Source of the DNA: Candidatus Omnitrophota bacterium
Lineage (GTDB): Bacteria > Omnitrophota > Gorgyraeia > 2-01-FULL-45-10
Direction of reading: 5' to 3'
Assembly: GCA_023818895.1 (NCBI GenBank)
Contig: JAMWCX010000001.1
Span: forward strand, 509,789 to 541,788
DNA length: 32,000 nt
The notes beneath the pieces are model-generated. The model saw nothing but the letters and a program-made list of their open reading frames with translations. It was not told the DNA's origin and searched no databases. The translations under genes and the position numbers were made by a program. How positions within the stretch are numbered: the first letter of the stretch is position 1; the number at the start of each line of letters is the position of its first letter. This document shows, in pieces, positions 16,794-25,789 of the stretch.

Positions 16794-18641
16794 TTATAAA
16801 AAATACTTAAATTTGTAATAGACTATTGCCGCGTACTCATGGAGTATGCCTTTTATTTGCTCAAGCTTAACAGTATGACCCTTTGAATAGTAGGCGCTCT
16901 GTTCAACAGGAACAAAATAAAACTTCACATCTGATAGGTATCTATCGCAAAGCAATTTGACCCTCAGCATGTGGTAAGGAGAGCTTACCAGAATAATGCT
17001 TTTCCACCCACTCGACCGTGCCATAGCGGCCAGGCTTTTTATCATGTCGTAAGTATTAGAAGGTGAGTCATCCACCATGACATCTCTCTCGCTGACGCCG
17101 ATCGACACCGAAAGCGCCTTCATAACATGAGCCTCTCTCATTATATATTTGTAGCCGCTTATATAAATAATGCGCCCAGCCAGACCTTCCTTGTATAGCT
17201 TTACCGCGGTATATACCCTCTCCTCGTATCCCTGGCCCGCTTTGCCAGATTCACCTGTTCCAGCCCCGAGAACTACTATCGCATCGGATATCTCCGGCTC
17301 GCTTTTGACCGCAAGAGGGCTGGCTACCCACCATATAAGCGGTGTATGGAAAAGAGCGAAATACAGATATGCAATTGCAACACACGCGATGGCAAATCGC
17401 TTTCCGGTACGCCTGTAGATATTGGCCAGATTGGACCGCCACGATACTTCCTTGATCCTCCTCTTCTCTTCAAGAATTGATTCGATAAGAGATGACATTT
17501 CCTCCAGCTTTGAAGCCCACGAATTCTTCTTAGCAGCCTCAATAGCGCGGGCCGTTTCATTTGGATCGCGCGGGGAGCTAAGCGCGGTTTTCAACTCGTC
17601 GCAAAACCCCTGCGCGCTAGATGATACGCTCACGATATTACCATTTTCCCTGTTAAACTTCACTACCTCAGGTAGATTCGTAGAAACAACCCTCTTCCCT
17701 ACCGACAAATACTCGTTAAGCTTAGTGGGATACACGTTCCTCGTATACTCAGTGATCCTGTACGGTATGAGCGCAACATCGAATTCCTTGACATACATCG
17801 GCAATTCTTCGGTGGGCTTATATCCGAGAAAAGTTATATTGGGATGTTTTTTTAGTTTTTCCACATCCGTCTGTATCGGACCACAGAATACAAAAGATAC
17901 GTCGCTCAGGGCGTCAGCAACCATCTCGACGAGTTCTAGATCTATCCATTTATGTATACCTCCTATGTATCCGGCGATCGGCCTTTTTATATTGACCATG
18001 TCTGCCGGAACAGGGACCATTTGGTTGAAGGCTTTCTGGAAGTTCTCTATGCTTACGCCAAACGGAAAGTAGTGGACCCTGTCGTTATATTGCCTACAAT
18101 ATCGCGCCAGTTCATCGCTTGTCACGAATACGATATCGGACCTTTTGATCAGGCGTTCTTCGCTTTTCCTTATCTTCTCCGCACCCTTAGAGCTCGCCTT
18201 GAAGGAATCTATGCAATAGTATATAAGCGCCTTGGGCTCGATCTTTTCTATTATATCGAGACTGAGAGCTGTCGGCAGGAAGGTCCAGACTATCGGCTCG
18301 GAGAATCCGACCGATTTGAGCCACCTGAACAGGACCGACGAGATAAGCTTCTTGTTAATAAACCTGGCTATCCTCAAGTATGGGAACGGCAGAACGATCG
18401 GTGAGTAAACGTAAAGACCGTCTTCTATTTTTCGGATGCCGCGCACTCCCTTTCTCCAATTAGCTATTCGCTTTCGTATCCTTCCGAAATCGCTAACCCT
18501 GGGAGCTCGAACACCGGTATTCTCTATAAAAAGTACCCTGTTACCATTCCTGGCAAGGCGCGTCATTATTTCTTGATGGCCTTGCCAGATAAAGTCCCAG
18601 TCTATGCTTGAGATGCATATAATATCTTCGTTTTTGAGCAC
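16794..18641 (-). CDS. Fusion protein: N-terminal GT-B glycosyltransferase (TuaH-like GT4), one TM segment, C-terminal DUF218 (YdcF/SanA/ElyC-like) domain
   Basis: The N-terminus IICISSIDWDFIWQGHQEIMTRLARNGNRVLFIE is typical of TuaH-like GT-B enzymes. A hydrophobic segment spans residues about 415-441 (FAIACVAIAYLYFALFHTPLIWWVA). The C-terminus DAIVVLGAGTG...RIIYISG...EAHVM...PSNTYDM...ILVSSPYHMLRV follows the DUF218 consensus. The start is GTG at 18641, with GGGGG 4 nt upstream. Confidence 0.8.
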   Translation of the reverse strand: MLKNEDIICISSIDWDFIWQGHQEIMTRLARNGNRVLFIENTGVRAPRVSDFGRIRKRIANWRKGVRGIRKIEDGLYVYSPIVLPFPYLRIARFINKKLISSVLFRWLKSVGFSEPIVWTFLPTALSLDIIEKIEPKALIYYCIDSFKASSKGAEKIRKSEERLIKRSDIVFVTSDELARYCRQYNDRVHYFPFGVSIENFQKAFNQMVPVPADMVNIKRPIAGYIGGIHKWIDLELVEMVADALSDVSFVFCGPIQTDVEKLKKHPNITFLGYKPTEELPMYVKEFDVALIPYRITEYTRNVYPTKLNEYLSVGKRVVSTNLPEVVKFNRENGNIVSVSSSAQGFCDELKTALSSPRDPNETARAIEAAKKNSWASKLEEMSSLIESILEEKRRIKEVSWRSNLANIYRRTGKRFAIACVAIAYLYFALFHTPLIWWVASPLAVKSEPEISDAIVVLGAGTGESGKAGQGYEERVYTAVKLYKEGLAGRIIYISGYKYIMREAHVMKALSVSIGVSERDVMVDDSPSNTYDMIKSLAAMARSSGWKSIILVSSPYHMLRVKLLCDRYLSDVKFYFVPVEQSAYYSKGHTVKLEQIKGILHEYAAIVYYKFKYFL

Positions 18642-18665
18642 ACTACCCCCTATGCAAAGGATAAT

Positions 18666-18694
18666 ATTATAACATTATATTTATATTATATCCA
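18666..18694 (-). promoter_or_regulatory. Putative sigma70-type promoter with extended -10, in the only sizeable intergenic gap
   Basis: Read on the minus strand: TGGATA (-35; 18694-18689), a 17-nt spacer, then TGTTATAAT, i.e. an extended TG (18674-18673) plus a consensus TATAAT (-10; 18671-18666). It lies about 25 nt upstream of the GTG start at 18641. The call rests on motifs only. Confidence 0.35.
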
Positions 18695-18723
18695 GAGATT
18701 TGTCGATAAAAGGAGGTAGGATT

Positions 18724-19617
18724 TTATCGCTTTAACAGAGCGGCTTTGAATCCAGCAAGATTCCCTAATGCCCTGTAGATATAACGTTTATCAAAACCGA
18801 ACAAACCTTTTAGTATATTATTCAGCAATAAGCCAAAAAGAGCCCAAAGGCATAATGCCGGTGACAAAGGCGGATTCTTCCTCACAAAATAAAGTCTGTT
18901 TAACACTTCCATCTTACCGAGCGGAGCGCTGAAAGATATTTCTTCTAGCGAGTTCATGTGCCTTACCTTCGCGTCTGCAACAAGGTATATCCGATACTTT
19001 CGCCCCACACGATAACCGAAATCTACCTCTTCATAACGGGCATAGCCACTAAACCATTCATCAAACATGAACTCATTGAATATCGAGGATCTCCAAGTCA
19101 TAGCGCATCCGACAACCCATTCGACCTGTGATGTCTCATCAATCGGCGGTATCCTGCTCTGAAAACCCGACTTCAGGATCCTGCCAGGTTTATCCGCATT
19201 GACCATGAAAATCTTCTGCAATACCGTAGGACGTCCTTCTGAGACATTAGTGATATTGAATCCAGCTCCGCCCACATCGGGCGCCGCCCCTTCCCAGAAC
19301 TTCATCATATTCTTAAGACATCCATCATCAAGAATGACATCATCATCGAAAAAAGCGATAATGGACACATCTTTAAATATGCGCCTGATGCCGACATTTC
19401 GCTGGACGGTCAGCGATGCCGGCAATTGTCTCATATACTCGATTTTCATGCCAGGAAAATCCCTTACTAGCCGTTCTACCGGCAAGACACCTCCGTCAAC
19501 AACGATAATCCGCGCCGGTTTATAGTCCTGGTCCTTAATGGAAGCAAGTATATTTGCCAGTCCTTCCACCCTATCTTTGGTAGGAATAATTATTCCGAGA
19601 CTAGTCCCTGAGCTCAT
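18724..19617 (-). CDS. Family 2 glycosyltransferase
   Basis: LGIIIPTKDRVEGL, RIIVVDGG, FFDDDV (DxD), and a C-terminal amphipathic/hydrophobic tail. This is typical non-processive GT2 architecture. Confidence 0.85.
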   Translation of the reverse strand: MSSGTSLGIIIPTKDRVEGLANILASIKDQDYKPARIIVVDGGVLPVERLVRDFPGMKIEYMRQLPASLTVQRNVGIRRIFKDVSIIAFFDDDVILDDGCLKNMMKFWEGAAPDVGGAGFNITNVSEGRPTVLQKIFMVNADKPGRILKSGFQSRIPPIDETSQVEWVVGCAMTWRSSIFNEFMFDEWFSGYARYEEVDFGYRVGRKYRIYLVADAKVRHMNSLEEISFSAPLGKMEVLNRLYFVRKNPPLSPALCLWALFGLLLNNILKGLFGFDKRYIYRALGNLAGFKAALLKR

Positions 19618-19621
19618 ATTC

Positions 19622-20725
19622 TCACCTTCCTAACACCGCAGAGATCTTCGCCATGGCATCCTTGGCGATCAGAGAAGGGACGTGTCTTATGTTGAAAAGA
19701 TATCCACAGGAGCATCCCGGACATCTTTTATAGAACATGTTCTTCTTTGCCTTCTTGTATATAGCCGATTTTTTTATTTCGCCAAAACGCGTTGCCATGA
19801 GATTGCCGAATATACCCATTGAAAGGCAACCGCCATAAACGCTGCCATATGGATCGACGTATATCCTGTCCTGAGAAACCACGCACGGTATATTCTTCTG
19901 CAATGGGTCCCTGAAATACTTCGATATGTAGTCGAGGGCCGGATAATTCAGGATAAGCGAACCCGGCTTGCGCGCCAATTCCCGCCTCGCATATTCAAGG
20001 ACATCCCCCAGGCCTTTAAAACCGGCCTCGTCTTCTATCCAGAAATTCTCCCTGTTTTCTTTAAGATTAAATATCGCTGAAGTCTTGTCGAGAAGGCATA
20101 TTGTGACCGGAAGCCCCATTGAATCAGCAAGCTCTTTAACCTCTCTGAACTTATTAATGTTGTCCCGCATTAGCGTAAAATTTATATAGGCGTCTATGCC
20201 GTGCCGCGCCCTGGCTTTCGCGACGGCCTTCGCCGCGTCGGCCAATTTCTGAAACGAACCGGCAACCCCCCTTATATTATCGTAATCCTGCCCGACAGCA
20301 TCCATAGATAGTGCCATGGATCTCAGGCCGGCCTCCATTAACTCGTCGAGGAGTCTATTTGTCAGGAGGATACCGTTTGTTGTCATCCCGACTGTCATCC
20401 CTTTTTCATTTGCGTAATCAACAAGCTTTACGAGATCCGCGCGCAGCAGCGGCTCGCCGCCGGTAAAATGAATATTTCTAAAACCGTTGCGTCGCAGATC
20501 GTCGATTATCCTTTTCCATTCTTCCGTCGACAATTCCCGCCGCGCCTTCTCCCTCCACTGCCCGCACATAACGCAGCGCAGGTTGCAGCGGTTAGTTAGC
20601 ATTATGTTGCAGGAGGTCGGCGAGATCTCGAATTTGCGATACATAACGGGAATGGCACAGAGGACACCCGTCTTCGCTATGTTAGGTAGGTAATTAAATA
20701 TCAATTTACGCAGCCTTTTATGCAT
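19622..20725 (-). CDS. Radical SAM enzyme with C-terminal SPASM/twitch-like cysteine cluster
   Basis: LTNRCNLRCVMC (CxxxCxxC), HFTGGEPLL. C-terminal CVVSQDRIYVDPYGSVYGGC (C-x12-G-x5-C) and CPGCSCG. No B12-binding domain. Confidence 0.85.
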   Translation of the reverse strand: MHKRLRKLIFNYLPNIAKTGVLCAIPVMYRKFEISPTSCNIMLTNRCNLRCVMCGQWREKARRELSTEEWKRIIDDLRRNGFRNIHFTGGEPLLRADLVKLVDYANEKGMTVGMTTNGILLTNRLLDELMEAGLRSMALSMDAVGQDYDNIRGVAGSFQKLADAAKAVAKARARHGIDAYINFTLMRDNINKFREVKELADSMGLPVTICLLDKTSAIFNLKENRENFWIEDEAGFKGLGDVLEYARRELARKPGSLILNYPALDYISKYFRDPLQKNIPCVVSQDRIYVDPYGSVYGGCLSMGIFGNLMATRFGEIKKSAIYKKAKKNMFYKRCPGCSCGYLFNIRHVPSLIAKDAMAKISAVLGR

Positions 20726-20728
20726 AAG

Positions 20729-22603
20729 CTAATATAAAACCTCATAGATAACAAATTTCTCGTTCGGATGTCTCTGGTAGCGCCTGCCGGCACTGTTGAA
20801 TGCTTTAATCAGACACGTTTTTCTTCCCGGCAAAAGTTTCTCAAGAGACGATATCCCCCCTTTTTCTTCAACTTCCTCTTTGAAATAGATGTACCGCGGA
20901 GAATGGCTTTCTACTAACCGCCGCATTTCATTCGCCTTGTCTAATCCATTCCAATTAAGTACTTTTATATTCTTCTGCTCAGGTGGAATATAAACACGAC
21001 TATGATGTTCTGCGATAACACTTGCTTCTTTAGGAATAGTATCACGCCACCATTTTGCAAGCTCAAAAACAACATCTTCATTTTGATAAAAGCGATAAAG
21101 ACGGGCTTGCGCTAGCAATGAACCGTTAATTGCGATATCGCCCAAAAGCACCATAATACAGAAGGCCAGTAATCCGTTCTTTAATAACAAGGGAAAGGGT
21201 GAATATTTATTAAATAAAAGAACACCTTGTACTGCAAGTATTGAAGCTGCCGCAAAAAACGGAAGAACATTATGCTGTTCAAACCGGCCTTGAAACATAA
21301 GATTAGCAAACAATGGCGACGCAAATATTAAAAGTGTTGCCCTTTTGCAAAAGTTTTTTTTATCAGCAACGAAACTCTTGCGCCAATACACCAGTTCTAC
21401 ACAAATGTAAAATAGACCGAGAAACAATATTGCGGGATCAAAGACCAATATCTTATCCGCCAGTTTTTCAAAAAAGTACCCCAACCACCCCTTCGCTGCT
21501 ATGCCGGCTATGGCATGATCTCTCTGTATGGCTATAGGTCCAAATTGACCATAGATGTTTATCAGGTGCCGCGGATTAACGATCCACTTTAATCCGAATA
21601 TTGCCACGAAACCGGCAAATAACCCGACGGAAAACAGTCCGTAGGAATTGATCTCGTTGATCCGGTCAAATATTTTTTTGATGCGCCCATGCAAGCGGCC
21701 TGTCATTGCATACAGAGCCGCCGATATAACTATCAAGATAGCGCCGATTATGATTAGATATATAATGGCAGGAATTTGTACTATACTTCCCCACAATCCG
21801 TATTGCGCATACCAAGTCAAGCCGGTAGATTTTCTGGTATAAAATATGAGAACTAGGAGAGGGAAGAAGGCGATGATAAGCCCGCATATCCCTGGCAGGA
21901 CCCATGACATTTTACCAACACGCTCTATTATCATATTGTGCCCCTTGCCGCATCGTTTCGAAAGATATAGCCCGACGATAACGACCGGCACCAAAAATAG
22001 ACCTGCAAATTTTACGATGAAGGCAAGAGCTGCCATCGCCGAGGCAACTACGATATTTTTAAGCGAAGGCGAATCTATAAGACGGAGAGTATAGTCAAGA
22101 CCAATCATCATGAAAAGAAGAACGAGCCCCTCGGGCTTGAGGCTATTTGATAGGTAGTCAAAGGCTGGTCTTGTCGCCAGAAGAGCAACCGGCAATACCT
22201 GCTGCCAACCAGAACCGAAATGACGCTCAATAAGTCGCCATAGCGCAATGAGTGACAATACCCACGCTACCAGATGGATGAACCGCAGAATCAATACGAA
22301 GTGGCCCGGTGCAAGATCGATAAATTTCGAAAGAATGCTACGACCGAATGCTGCCAGATAAACCATCTCGAGCCCATAATCGAAATCCCACTGGAAGCTG
22401 TCACGCTTAATGCCGCTATAATAATACCATATCTCATCCATCAGTCCGCCTTCATCGGCATTGAAATACACGATCATATTCGGATCTTGTATATTCTGCC
22501 CGATTGTCGGCATTACCAATATAAGACTTCCTATGCAGAGTATAATAAGTACCGCATAGTTTGGCAGGGATAGTAGGCCGCCGTTCCTAATTTCTATATT
22601 CAT
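20729..22603 (-). CDS. Polytopic membrane protein, GT-C-like glycosyltransferase (ArnT/PMT_2-like) with C-terminal soluble domain
   Basis: 624 aa. TM1 (YAVLIILCIGSLILV) is followed by an acidic loop FNADEGGLMDEIWYYY, then more than 10 hydrophobic helices and a hydrophilic C-terminal domain of about 130 aa. The family call rests on architecture plus the acidic first-loop motif only. Confidence 0.55.
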   Translation of the reverse strand: MNIEIRNGGLLSLPNYAVLIILCIGSLILVMPTIGQNIQDPNMIVYFNADEGGLMDEIWYYYSGIKRDSFQWDFDYGLEMVYLAAFGRSILSKFIDLAPGHFVLILRFIHLVAWVLSLIALWRLIERHFGSGWQQVLPVALLATRPAFDYLSNSLKPEGLVLLFMMIGLDYTLRLIDSPSLKNIVVASAMAALAFIVKFAGLFLVPVVIVGLYLSKRCGKGHNMIIERVGKMSWVLPGICGLIIAFFPLLVLIFYTRKSTGLTWYAQYGLWGSIVQIPAIIYLIIIGAILIVISAALYAMTGRLHGRIKKIFDRINEINSYGLFSVGLFAGFVAIFGLKWIVNPRHLINIYGQFGPIAIQRDHAIAGIAAKGWLGYFFEKLADKILVFDPAILFLGLFYICVELVYWRKSFVADKKNFCKRATLLIFASPLFANLMFQGRFEQHNVLPFFAAASILAVQGVLLFNKYSPFPLLLKNGLLAFCIMVLLGDIAINGSLLAQARLYRFYQNEDVVFELAKWWRDTIPKEASVIAEHHSRVYIPPEQKNIKVLNWNGLDKANEMRRLVESHSPRYIYFKEEVEEKGGISSLEKLLPGRKTCLIKAFNSAGRRYQRHPNEKFVIYEVLY

Positions 22604-24126
22604 ACCCGTATTTCATTAGCGCGCTTTTCTTTGATATTGAAAATGCTGTTGAAAAGGGCTTTTGCCGATATAAAAGCGATTCTCCATATAACAAGGCATA
22701 AGAAAGCCGCGAGTGAAAAGAGGATATCGGGCTTTACATACCATCTCTTGGGGAGAGATAAGACTCCACCACCTGATAGCGGTGATTTAAATAGAGTTTT
22801 ATATAGGATTTTAGGCCGAAGGTAAAACGCTATGTTTGCAAATATCGTGTCAAATATAAGATCCACCCCTCTCGTACCCTCCGGAACATAAGGAAGATCG
22901 TCGCCTTGGAGGTAATACTGATTGCAACAGTTCGTCCAGTTCTCATGAATATGAAGACTGTTCTCTTCTTTCGCTATTCGGTAAAGCTTTGTTCCGGGAT
23001 ATGGGATAGCTATATTGAACCTTGCTCCATCGAGCGGCAAATCGCACATCAGCTTAAGCGTATCGTACCGCTCTTTACGTGTTTCAGTCGGAAGACCGAA
23101 AATAAGAGACGCGTCCGTCAATATGCCCATCTCATGGCACATTTTTATCGCCTTGATGTTGTCTTCTACAAGTTCTTTTTTATCAATAACCTTCATCAGT
23201 CGCTCTGACCCCGTTTCAACACCAAATGCCATCGATATGAAATTACAGGCTTTCAGTCTCTCAAGCATCTCATATGTTACCTCCTTGCCCCGCGTTGTAC
23301 CTATAAAAGCAACCTTCTTATGATAGCCGCTGGCAATAATCCCATCGATAAGCTCGTATAGCCTTTTCTTGTTGATAGTAAGACTATCATCTATAAACCA
23401 TATTTTCTTCTGCCCATAAAAATCAACGAGCGTTTTAATATCATTCACCACCCTATTTACGGAGAAAAATCTGTAGGCGTTACCGGATATTGCGCGCTGC
23501 GAGCAAAAGATGCAGTCAAAAGGGCAACCCCGCGAACTTATGATGGTGCCGAAATCAGCATATCGGTCGAGGTGTCCCTCAAACAAGTCATACGGAAATG
23601 GCGGTATATCATCCAGGTCTTCCAGGAGCTCACGATCGGGATTATGAAATACATCGGAACCCTTTTTGTAGGATATCCCTTTTATACCGCTGTAATCTCT
23701 ATCTTGTTTAATGCAGTCGTATACCTCACTGAGCGTCACTTCGCCTTCTTTCCTGACAACTATGTCAGCCTGGGACTTTCTGAGCATATCTTCCGGCAAG
23801 ACCGTTGCATGAACACCACCCAGAACAATTGTAGCTTTGGGGTCTATCGCTTTGATCTCTTCGGTAAGCCTTATTACCCTTTTCGTCGTCGCCGTGAGAT
23901 TAGGGATGCCTACTATCTTAGGATGACCGAGTTTACCAAGTTCATCTTCGAGTATCTGCCAAGAGGCCTCCTTAATCTGCTCGTCCAAGATCCTGATAGA
24001 AGCACCATTCTTGGCGCGCAAATAACCAGAGAGGAAGCCTATGGATGTAGGGAAGCATGCATAGGTGAATTTTTTGACGATCTTCGGCTGAGAAATCTTG
24101 TCCAGAACTGGATTTATGAATAACAT
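22600..24126 (-). CDS. Cobalamin (B12)-binding-domain radical SAM enzyme (class B), paralog D, with C-terminal hydrophobic helix
   Basis: MLFINP..., VGIPNLTATT, LGGVHAT, VVRKEGE, IPPFPYD, SSRGCPFDCIFC, GVETGS, FGLPTET, YPGT. C-terminal FSLAAFLCLVIWRIAFISAKALF (22651-22719). The stop overlaps the next gene's start as ATGA (22600-22603). Confidence 0.9.
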   Translation of the reverse strand: MLFINPVLDKISQPKIVKKFTYACFPTSIGFLSGYLRAKNGASIRILDEQIKEASWQILEDELGKLGHPKIVGIPNLTATTKRVIRLTEEIKAIDPKATIVLGGVHATVLPEDMLRKSQADIVVRKEGEVTLSEVYDCIKQDRDYSGIKGISYKKGSDVFHNPDRELLEDLDDIPPFPYDLFEGHLDRYADFGTIISSRGCPFDCIFCSQRAISGNAYRFFSVNRVVNDIKTLVDFYGQKKIWFIDDSLTINKKRLYELIDGIIASGYHKKVAFIGTTRGKEVTYEMLERLKACNFISMAFGVETGSERLMKVIDKKELVEDNIKAIKMCHEMGILTDASLIFGLPTETRKERYDTLKLMCDLPLDGARFNIAIPYPGTKLYRIAKEENSLHIHENWTNCCNQYYLQGDDLPYVPEGTRGVDLIFDTIFANIAFYLRPKILYKTLFKSPLSGGGVLSLPKRWYVKPDILFSLAAFLCLVIWRIAFISAKALFNSIFNIKEKRANEIRV

Positions 24127-24150
24127 TTTTCTCTCATTAAATTCTTATAT

Positions 24151-24906
24151 CTAGGTTTTTCTTGCCACGGCGAGTAAAGAACTTCCGATAAAAGGATGCG
24201 ATATAACAGTGTTTTCGAATCTCATAATAGCTAAAAATATGTCGTTGACAAATGGAAATACCGGCTGAAAACCGCATTTTATCGTTCGGGCATTTCCCTT
24301 ACAAAACAGCATTATGTACTTGCGCGCCAGAAGAAACGGAACTAGGGACGCTCCCCAGTAAACAGCTCTTTCAAGTTTAAAGCCAGCAAGCTCAAGCTCC
24401 TTCCTTAAACCCGCTATGGTGTAACGCTTTATATGCCCCGCAACTCTATCATAGCGGCTATACATGAAATTAAAGGCGGGAAGGTTTATAATAACTTTTC
24501 CTCCGCTCTTCATGTGAAAATTCACTGATTTGAGAAAGGAGACAGGATCCTTTATATGCTCCAAAACGTCCAATAAAAGCACTGTTTGGAAATATTCGCG
24601 AAATTCCGCGTTTCTCTGATGGATATTATAGAAGTAAAGATTCCCTCTCCCCTTTGGCATATTTTCTAGAGCGTGCTTATTAAGATCGCAGGCCGCAACG
24701 GAACAATTATAGTATTCTTCAATCTGGCTTCTGGCCACACCATTACCGGAACCTATATCCAGTGTATTCCCCCACCCATACCTTGAAGGAATGATTTTTT
24801 TAATAACATTAAAGCGCCACTTCATCCAGAAATGGTCTATGGTGGCATATTCATACCATTCGTCTGCCATAGAATATTCGGAAGGAGGACTGAGATAATT
24901 TATCAT
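24151..24906 (-). CDS. Class I SAM-dependent methyltransferase
   Basis: TLDIGSGNGV (motif I), ACDLN, VLLLDVLEHIKDP, MKSGGKVIINLP. This is the typical Methyltransf_11/23-like pattern common in O-antigen loci. Confidence 0.85.
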   Translation of the reverse strand: MINYLSPPSEYSMADEWYEYATIDHFWMKWRFNVIKKIIPSRYGWGNTLDIGSGNGVARSQIEEYYNCSVAACDLNKHALENMPKGRGNLYFYNIHQRNAEFREYFQTVLLLDVLEHIKDPVSFLKSVNFHMKSGGKVIINLPAFNFMYSRYDRVAGHIKRYTIAGLRKELELAGFKLERAVYWGASLVPFLLARKYIMLFCKGNARTIKCGFQPVFPFVNDIFLAIMRFENTVISHPFIGSSLLAVARKT

Positions 24907-24923
24907 ATCGCCTCGTCGTAATT

Positions 24924-25787
24924 TTAAACTGCCTTATAATTCACTAGCGAAATACCGGAAGTAGCTATAGCGTCTTTCACAAGCGGGCTGAGAAGAGATG
25001 CATGTTCCCGTTCCCAGTCACATGGCCACCCGGCCAGCTTCTTCAAATGCCCGTATTTTTTCTTTATTACCTTATTATCGACACCCGGATGCACATTGAT
25101 CTCCGTTATGCCGGGCTTTATTTTTTCAATAACTCTTATTAAGTATTCCGGCCCGATCTTACCGCTTTTAAAAAATCCAACAAGAAAATCAGGGGTCCTG
25201 AATCCTGATTTTCTGAACGGGCAAGAGGCCATGACAAAAACCGAAAAGGCAACCTTTTTAAGATCCTCAAAGCTGAAATCAAACCACGGTATGTTCAGCC
25301 CTCTTATCCTGGTTATACCGAATTTGTTCAGCACCGGCTTTATGGCCTTAAATACTGGCCGGAGGGCATGTATATGCTGATGGCTATCTACGTGTGTTGG
25401 CAATATGCCACTTTCCACAACCCTTGTCAGCTGTTCTTCGCACTCTATAGCTATATGCTCCATGTCAATCAGTCCCGCGCATATTTTTGAAAATAATTCC
25501 ATATGGCTTCTGAATAACATGCCGTCTTTGCCCACTATCGTTTTTATCTTTTTTGGATCTGCCAGCGGCCGTTCTCCGACAAGTGTAAGATGAATACCCA
25601 CACCAAGCCCCCTGTTTCTTGCGGCAATCTTTACAGCGTGGTCAAAACTATCACCGCAAGCTACAAGAGAGGCATTTGTAATAACACCCTTGCAGTATCC
25701 TATCTCGATGGATTCGTTTATAGATTCATGCAAGCCAAAATCATCAGCTGATATTATAAATCTTTTTTTTCGCTCTTCTTGCGGCAT
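24924..25787 (-). CDS. YdjC/ChbG-family carbohydrate deacetylase (NaxD/LgmC/HpnK-like)
   Basis: FIISADDFGLHESINESI (the DDFG catalytic region of the YdjC family), GVGIHLTL, HVDSHQHIH (metal-binding His cluster). About 287 aa, typical for the family. Confidence 0.85.
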   Translation of the reverse strand: MPQEERKKRFIISADDFGLHESINESIEIGYCKGVITNASLVACGDSFDHAVKIAARNRGLGVGIHLTLVGERPLADPKKIKTIVGKDGMLFRSHMELFSKICAGLIDMEHIAIECEEQLTRVVESGILPTHVDSHQHIHALRPVFKAIKPVLNKFGITRIRGLNIPWFDFSFEDLKKVAFSVFVMASCPFRKSGFRTPDFLVGFFKSGKIGPEYLIRVIEKIKPGITEINVHPGVDNKVIKKKYGHLKKLAGWPCDWEREHASLLSPLVKDAIATSGISLVNYKAV

Positions 25788-25789
25788 AC

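Noticed and set aside
18710-18716. Perfect AAGGAGG on the plus strand, considered as a plus-strand ribosome-binding site
   Set aside because: No ATG, GTG or TTG start with an open frame follows within 5-12 nt on the plus strand. Its complement is better explained as the anti-SD-like arm described in the findings.
18704-18729. Hairpin CGATAAAA-10 nt loop-TTTTATCG overlapping the stop of the GT2 gene, considered as a terminator
   Set aside because: The stem is 8 bp and almost entirely A-T, with a large loop and no downstream U-tract on the minus-strand transcript. It is unlikely to be an intrinsic terminator.
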